This document shows positions 60,701 through 64,000 of a stretch of 64,000 nucleotides of DNA, piece after piece. The notes under the pieces were generated by a model. That model was not told the origin of the DNA. It did not search any database and was given only the letters and a program-made list of their open reading frames with translations. The position numbers were made by a program, and so were the translations under genes. Source of the stretch: Octopus vulgaris. Taxonomy: Eukaryota. The stretch is taken from the NCBI GenBank assembly GCA_951406725.2, contig OX597836.1, forward strand, positions 186,001-250,000. The letters run 5' to 3'. Within the stretch, counting starts at the first letter, position 1, and every line of letters starts with the position of its first letter.

Positions 60701-63321
60701 TGTGGCATTCTTTAAGTTGGCATCTATGTCATTAACATATGCAACAAATAAAAGGGGGCCAAGAACAGATCCCTGTGGTACACCAGATGTCATCTCATAG
60801 ATCGAAGAGTGCTGTCCTAGAACTGTGACAATCTCTTTTCGGCCGAAAATAAAGGACTTCAACCACTTATAGAGTTCATCTCTTACGCCCAACGCAGAAA
60901 GCTTCACCATAAGTCTTTTGTGTGGCATAGAGTTAAAAGCCTTAGCAAAGTCCAGGTAAACAACATCCACCCAGGATCCACGATCAGTGATTTGGGTAAC
61001 GTCCTCAAGAAACTCGATGAGTTGATTACAGCAGCTGGAGTTAGGAATAAATCCGAATTGTGATGGCTGGATGAGGCTGTGAGACTTCCAGAAGTTCCAG
61101 AGGGTTTCTCTGATACAGGATTCCATCAGTTTGGCAATGCAGCTAGTAAGACTAACGGGGCAATAGTTGACAGGCGATGTGCGGTCGCCTATTTTAAACA
61201 GAGGGATAACACTGGCACTTTTCCACTGTTCTGGAGTAACACCATTGTCAAGACAGAATTAGAAGAATAGAGAAAGTTGGCTTAGAAGAAAGTACCCACC
61301 GCGTTTGACAAGTAGGTATGTAACACCATCGAGACCAGGAGAGGCATAGTTGCGTTTATTCTTAAGGTGGCGTTGTAGCATTGCTGGTGTAAATTGCATA
61401 GTAGATATAGAGTCAGATGTCATAGTAGATATAGAGTCCGATGTCAGCAATGATTTCTGCACATTCTTCGGGATTGCCAGTAATCTGTCCTGTGTGGGGA
61501 TTGTGAAGGGACCAACTGGAGAGTGGGGTCTCTGCTTTGAGTGCACATACTTCCAGAACACTTTGCTGTCAGGGTTAGCTGCAATGCATTGTTCAAATTC
61601 AAGCACTGCCTTTTTTGTCACCTGCTTGAGGTGGTTGGCTGACCTATTGCGCTTTTTCCTCTTGCTCTCTGATTTGTGCAATTTGTATTCCTGTTCAGCA
61701 TTACAGCGTTCTTTCCTGGCAAGTCGGACTGCTGCAGTCTCCCAAATTGCACTATTGGGTGGTTTTTTGTGCTTGCGTGGTACTGATGCTGCACATGCCG
61801 CCCATATTGAATTCAGAATGTTCTGGAGTATAGTGTCCACATCTCCAGAGGCATAAAATTCGAGTCAGTTTGGGCGTTGCAGCTCAGTACAATAAGAGCT
61901 CCAGTCCGCTTTATTCCAGTCAAAGCGGGCAGTCTGAAGATGGTTGTGTTTTTTGTTACAACCAATCAGAGACAAGTCGGCCATGATCATGGAATGATCA
62001 GAGTCACCTAAAGGTTCTTCAGTAGTGACACTAATGATTGTTTCAGGAGAAGCGGTAAGTAGCAGAGCCATTTAAAACACACAAAAACTGTTAGATTCAC
62101 TTCAGCACTTAATTTTAATTTGTCAAAATATCTTTGTCGCTTTGAAACCGCAACCTGTTCAGACAAAATTTTGTGCTGCATGGAATTTTGTCATATTTTA
62201 GTCACGGTTTCAAAGTGACAAAAATATCTTGACAAATTAAATTTTTTTGTGTTTTTAAATAGCTTATAAACATCTTCCAAGCTGCAATTGTTTACAATTT
62301 TATAATTTTTCTGCTTTCAATCAATTCATTTACAATCCACCTTCATCAACACCATACGCATTAATTCAATACATTCATTTAAAACTGCAGAATCTATCTT
62401 TCTTTCTAAGAATGAAAACAATTATAAAGTTGTTAATGAAGTTCTAAGACATGTTAATTGAATTAATTGAACTCAGAATATATTGCCTACCTAGATATAA
62501 CTGGTAAAGGAATGAAGTTCTGCACTTGAGCAATATCTAGCCCACAGTCCATCATGATGTTCACTCCTTTGAACTGTAACACGAAGCAGGGCTTACTGTG
62601 GTTACTGGACAAACACATCTGAAATGGTTAACAAATATCAAAAGTAACAGAAAGGAAAATTTAAGATAAAAATATAATGGCAGTTAGTATTATGTAATGA
62701 ATAGTTAAAAAAAAAAGGCACTCAGATTGATGGAAAATATCACAATGATTATCTCAAATAAATGCTCCTCAGAAATGTTATATCTTTATTTTCAGGCAGA
62801 AAGGTTAGCAGGCCGGGCTTGGCGGTATTTCGTCTGCCGTTACGTTCTGAGTTCAAATTGCGCCGAGGTCGACTTTGTCTTTCATCCTTTCGGGATGCAG
62901 TAGCAACAGCAGAAGCAGTAGTTACGCACTGGGGTCGATATGATCGACTTAATCCCTTTGTCTGTCCTTGTTTGTCCCCTCTGTGTTTAGCAGCCCCTTG
63001 TGGGTAGTAAAAAAATAAGAAACGTTATATCTTTATTTTTCTGAGGACCGTAAATTAAAATTGAAAGAAACAGCTGAGATACTGTATACGAATTCGTGCG
63101 AATGTTTTTGGTTTTTCATTTATTTGTGGTTTGGGACAAAAACGAAGAAACGGTCGGGATTCGAAACCGGTAAATACGAATTTCAGTCGAAATTGTTACT
63201 AAACGATAAAAAGTTTTGAAGTTTTGCCTTTAAAACAAACAAAAGTTGACTTGTACAGGTATGTACGATCATAACAAATAAATACCCCAAATAAACAATT
63301 GTCTTAACTTACAAGTTTCAT
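16740..63321 (-). CDS. INTS9: Integrator complex subunit 9, complete gene, 21 coding exons, 654 aa
   Basis: Hand-spliced exons, all GT-AG and phase-compatible, sum to 1965 nt. Translation [31 protein letters not shown]...[20 protein letters not shown]...[12 protein letters not shown]...[13 protein letters not shown]...[18 protein letters not shown]...[18 protein letters not shown]...[26 protein letters not shown] is collinear with metazoan INTS9 (MBL/beta-CASP fold) as recalled. Confidence 0.96.
18064..18120 (-). CDS. INTS9: INTS9 exon 20
   Basis: ttccag|[19 protein letters not shown]|gtaaat, 57 nt. Confidence 0.92.
19376..19486 (-). CDS. INTS9: INTS9 exon 19
   Basis: tctcag|[37 protein letters not shown]|gttaat, 111 nt; basic patch at the expected position. 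Confidence 0.85.
19563..20505 (-). mobile_element. Truncated RTE copy (ORF end + 3' UTR), INTS9 intron 18
   Basis: [36 protein letters not shown]; shared 3' UTR. Confidence 0.85.
20679..20777 (-). CDS. INTS9: INTS9 exon 18
   Basis: ttgtag|[33 protein letters not shown]|gtttgt, 99 nt. Confidence 0.92.
21104..21650 (-). mobile_element. RTE 3' UTR fragment
   Basis: Shared terminal sequence TTTCTACAGCTGGATGCCCT..CCTAAC and GTGCCAC(T/C)GGCAC modules. Confidence 0.8.
22589..22675 (-). CDS. INTS9: INTS9 exon 17
   Basis: ttgtag|[29 protein letters not shown]|gtaaat, 87 nt. Confidence 0.94.
23093..23242 (-). CDS. INTS9: INTS9 exon 16
   Basis: ttgaag|[50 protein letters not shown]|gtaatt, 150 nt. 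Confidence 0.95.
24290..24765 (-). mobile_element. Degraded RTE LINE internal fragment
   Basis: Similar to the ATDQICGW and VGEKCV region of the intact copy. Confidence 0.6.
25428..25483 (-). CDS. INTS9: INTS9 exon 15
   Basis: tttcag|[18 protein letters not shown]|gtgagt, 56 nt. Confidence 0.95.
26360..26628 (+). mobile_element. RTE 3' end with a duplicated ~66 bp UTR module
   Basis: TGACTGGCTCCTGTGCCGGTGGCATGTAAGAAGCAC occurs twice; (GAT)n tail. Confidence 0.85.
28339..28467 (-). CDS. INTS9: INTS9 exon 14
   Basis: ttttag|[42 protein letters not shown]|gtaagt, 129 nt. Confidence 0.96.
31138..31180 (-). CDS. INTS9: INTS9 exon 13
   Basis: ttgcag|[14 protein letters not shown]|gtaagt, 43 nt, phase-compatible. 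Confidence 0.88.
31738..31955 (-). mobile_element. RTE 3' end fragment
   Basis: (CAT)n tail plus shared 3' UTR. Confidence 0.8.
32195..33030. repeat. Nested inverted/direct repeat element interrupted by an RTE 3' end (32495-32680, +)
   Basis: 32197-32380 is the diverged reverse complement of 32790-32985; 32460-32494 pairs with 32993-33030; partial direct copy at 32685-32790. Confidence 0.75.
33149..33183 (-). ncRNA. Degenerate minimal hammerhead ribozyme motif
   Basis: GUUU-CUGAAGA-AGAGC-UUU-GCUC-GAAU-CAUU-AAAC; GAAA is mutated to GAAU. Confidence 0.5.
34514..34574 (-). CDS. INTS9: INTS9 exon 12
   Basis: tttaag|[20 protein letters not shown]|gtaatt, 61 nt. Confidence 0.95.
35400..36235 (+). 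repeat. Three diverged ~280-300 bp tandem units, each with a hammerhead-like motif (retrozyme/PLE-like)
   Basis: TTAAAGGTG(G/A)TA(C/G)ACA(G/C)CTG anchor at ~35446, 35748 and 36030; shared downstream blocks. Confidence 0.7.
37475..37655 (-). CDS. INTS9: INTS9 exon 11
   Basis: atacag|[59 protein letters not shown]|gtaagt, 181 nt. Confidence 0.96.
39343..39454 (-). CDS. INTS9: INTS9 exon 10
   Basis: tttcag|[37 protein letters not shown]|gtctgt, 112 nt. Confidence 0.94.
39956..41160 (+). mobile_element. Tc1/mariner DNA transposon relic, probably DD37D (maT) group
   Basis: TA target duplication; imperfect TIRs CAGGGTGTGGACAGTATTTGAGG / CCTCAAATACTGTCTGCGTCCTG; disrupted transposase with HTH region (ORF 40044-40403), FQQDS and [14 protein letters not shown]. 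Confidence 0.9.
41500..42380. mobile_element. Foldback/MITE-like element with long degenerate inverted repeats
   Basis: TTTTGTCTGCGACTGCGAG..TTCTACATGTGTTGATAAATATATTC (41802-41852) mirrors 42080-42140; GGATCTTT..CTGCCAATTTTCAA mirrors 42344-42375. Confidence 0.6.
42468..42512 (-). CDS. INTS9: INTS9 exon 9
   Basis: ttacag|[15 protein letters not shown]|gtaagt, 45 nt. Confidence 0.92.
42680..43030. repeat. Degenerate ~35-40 bp minisatellite (AACTAGAGACAGTCAAAACTAG..GGTACTG)
   Basis: Recurring ACTAGAGA / GGTACT / GACAGT words. Confidence 0.6.
44277..44366 (-). CDS. INTS9: INTS9 exon 8
   Basis: aattag|[30 protein letters not shown]|gtaagt, 90 nt. Confidence 0.94.
44480..44800 (+). mobile_element. 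RTE fragment (ORF end and start of 3' UTR), same subfamily as the young copy
   Basis: High identity to the reverse complement of 11790-12070. Confidence 0.85.
45410..47370 (-). mobile_element. Degraded RTE LINE (RT to 3' tail)
   Basis: ORFs 47128-47463 and 46839-47081 give [33 protein letters not shown] and YADD; stops and frameshifts present. Confidence 0.92.
47576..47618 (-). ncRNA. Minimal type I hammerhead ribozyme motif
   Basis: CCAC-CUGAAGA-U-UGUC-GAUCAA-GACA-U-GAAA-CAAUUG-UA-GUGG. Confidence 0.7.
48090..48461 (-). mobile_element. Non-autonomous Helitron, 372 bp
   Basis: Minus strand 5'-TC...CTAG-3'; inserted between A and T with no TSD; subterminal hairpin CCTGAGCAACGCCGGG; empty site preserved in the other palindrome arm (47767/47768). 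Confidence 0.9.
48611..48653 (+). ncRNA. Minimal type I hammerhead ribozyme motif (mirror copy)
   Basis: Same sequence as 47576-47618 on the opposite strand. Confidence 0.7.
48770..49136 (+). mobile_element. RTE 3' UTR fragment with repeated modules
   Basis: Shared 3' UTR; GCCTCATGGAGGCAATGTGGC occurs twice; (GAT)n tail. Confidence 0.8.
49199..49319 (-). CDS. INTS9: INTS9 exon 7
   Basis: ttctag|[40 protein letters not shown]|gtgagg, 121 nt. Confidence 0.94.
50999..51085 (-). CDS. INTS9: INTS9 exon 6
   Basis: ccatag|[28 protein letters not shown]|gtaaat, 87 nt. Confidence 0.93.
51999..52138 (-). CDS. INTS9: INTS9 exon 5
   Basis: tttcag|[46 protein letters not shown]|gtacca, 140 nt. Confidence 0.96.
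54208..54276 (-). CDS. INTS9: INTS9 exon 4
   Basis: ttccag|[23 protein letters not shown]|gtaatt, 69 nt. Confidence 0.93.
54840..54909 (-). CDS. INTS9: INTS9 exon 3
   Basis: tttcag|[23 protein letters not shown]|gtaagt, 70 nt, phase-compatible. Confidence 0.88.
55365..57371 (+). mobile_element. RTE 3' UTR copy containing an expanded minisatellite
   Basis: Flanks 55365-55529 and 57163-57371 match the family 3' UTR and (GAT)n tail. Confidence 0.9.
55530..57162. repeat. 71-bp tandem repeat, 23 copies, near-identical
   Basis: Unit GTGTGGTCGTTGTCCATGTCACTGCACTGGCTCCCATACAGGTAGCATGTAAAAACACCTTTTGAGCATGG; 1633 bp = 23 x 71; one G>A seen at 56067. Confidence 0.97.
57701..57980. mobile_element. 280-bp element with ~80 bp terminal inverted repeats and an internal hammerhead-like motif
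   Basis: 57701-57781 pairs with 57900-57980; minus-strand CUUU-CUGUCGA-AGAGC-GUAG-GCUC-GAAA-CA-UA-AAAG at 57805-57840. Confidence 0.75.
59740..62066 (-). mobile_element. 5'-truncated CR1-type LINE, frameshifted
   Basis: LGDSDH (EN end), [63 protein letters not shown]; (TTA)n tail. Confidence 0.92.
62491..62618 (-). CDS. INTS9: INTS9 exon 2
   Basis: tttcag|[42 protein letters not shown]|gtaggc, 128 nt. Confidence 0.95.
62795..63020 (+). mobile_element. tRNA-derived SINE in INTS9 intron 1
   Basis: GTTCTGAGTTCAAATTGCGCCGAGGTCGACTTTG core shared with 1060-1575; flanked by repeated AGAAA(T/C)GTTATATCTTTATTTT. Confidence 0.8.
63313..63321 (-). CDS. INTS9: INTS9 coding exon 1 (MKL)
   Basis: aaaaATGAAACTT|gtaagt; INTS9 orthologues begin MKL. 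Confidence 0.85.
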
Positions 63322-63560
63322 TTTTGAAGATTTTTTCTTCTTCGAATCAGGAAAAATCTTCGGAAAATGTTTTTTTTTCGTCTTTCAAGACATTCAGCGC
63401 CCTCTGTTGTGTGCCGGTGAGAGTCAGCTCCCCTTTACATGAACCGGAAGACGACGGACGAGGCGGTGCTGGCACGGTCGGAGCGTAAAAGAAAGGTCAA
63501 AAAGATTACCAAAAGGAACAACCAGCCGGCGGGTTAATCCATTAATCCAGACCCAGATTT
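63322..63560 (-). promoter_or_regulatory. INTS9 5' UTR / core promoter region
   Basis: Locally CpG-richer unique sequence directly upstream of the ATG; CTCF-like CAACAGAGGGCGCTG (63395-63409, minus) and ETS-like ACCGGAAG (63443-63450). Confidence 0.5.
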
Positions 63561-64000
63561 CATCCGATCATCATTTATATTTTTAACTCTCATCCGTTTT
63601 TTCACTCTGTATATAAGAAGCGAGTTGGTGCCCTGAAGGGTCCCTCGTCTGTCCCCTCTTTATGTCCCTTCTATGTAAACCTTTTATAGGTTAATAAAGA
63701 AATATTCGCGAGGAGGACATCGCAAATTTCAGCTGGGCCCAGCACGGATTTCCAAAAATCTACTTTATTTAAATCGCCTTTTACCTTTTATACGACAATT
63801 TGATAATTTCAACTCATGTGAAGAGGAAACCCTGAAGTTTTGCTTTAAAGTAAAGAAGAGAGAAAATAAGGCTGTTGAACAAGTCCAGAACCCCTGGATT
63901 TTGAAATTTTTGTTTTTAACCTTTATTTAATCCAGTAAGTTGCGGTTTGAGAGGTATTTTTACCTGTGAAGTATTTACCTGTGTAGTATTTACCTGTGTA

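Noticed and set aside
61350-61856. 168-aa plus-strand ORF
   Set aside because: Antisense to the CR1 ORF.
16860-63312. U12-type or non-canonical introns in INTS9
   Set aside because: All 20 donors are GT without the GTATCCT signature and all acceptors are AG.
63950-64000. 15-bp repeat GTATTTACCTGTG(A/T)A x3
   Set aside because: Real but cut by the window edge, so nothing can be inferred.

Overview
Eukaryotic, AT-rich, repeat-dense genomic DNA. The SINE and RTE-LINE families resemble those I recall from Octopus, so the taxon is an inference. The window holds one complete host gene: Integrator complex subunit 9 (INTS9), minus strand, 21 coding exons from ATG at 63321 to TAA at 16740, joining in frame to 1965 nt (654 aa), all introns GT-AG. 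The rest is transposon-derived: a young 5'-truncated RTE LINE with an uninterrupted EN-RT-PHD-like ORF (11949-14903) plus many degraded copies, a CR1-type LINE, two Tc1/mariner relics, tRNA-derived SINEs, a non-autonomous Helitron, and a 23 x 71 bp near-perfect minisatellite inside an RTE 3' UTR. The most unusual signal is a set of non-coding palindromic or tandem elements in INTS9 introns carrying minimal type I hammerhead-ribozyme motifs of the Penelope/retrozyme kind. One is a ~430 bp near-perfect palindrome with two opposing hammerheads and a Helitron in one arm. All coordinates were read by eye; repeat boundaries are approximate.
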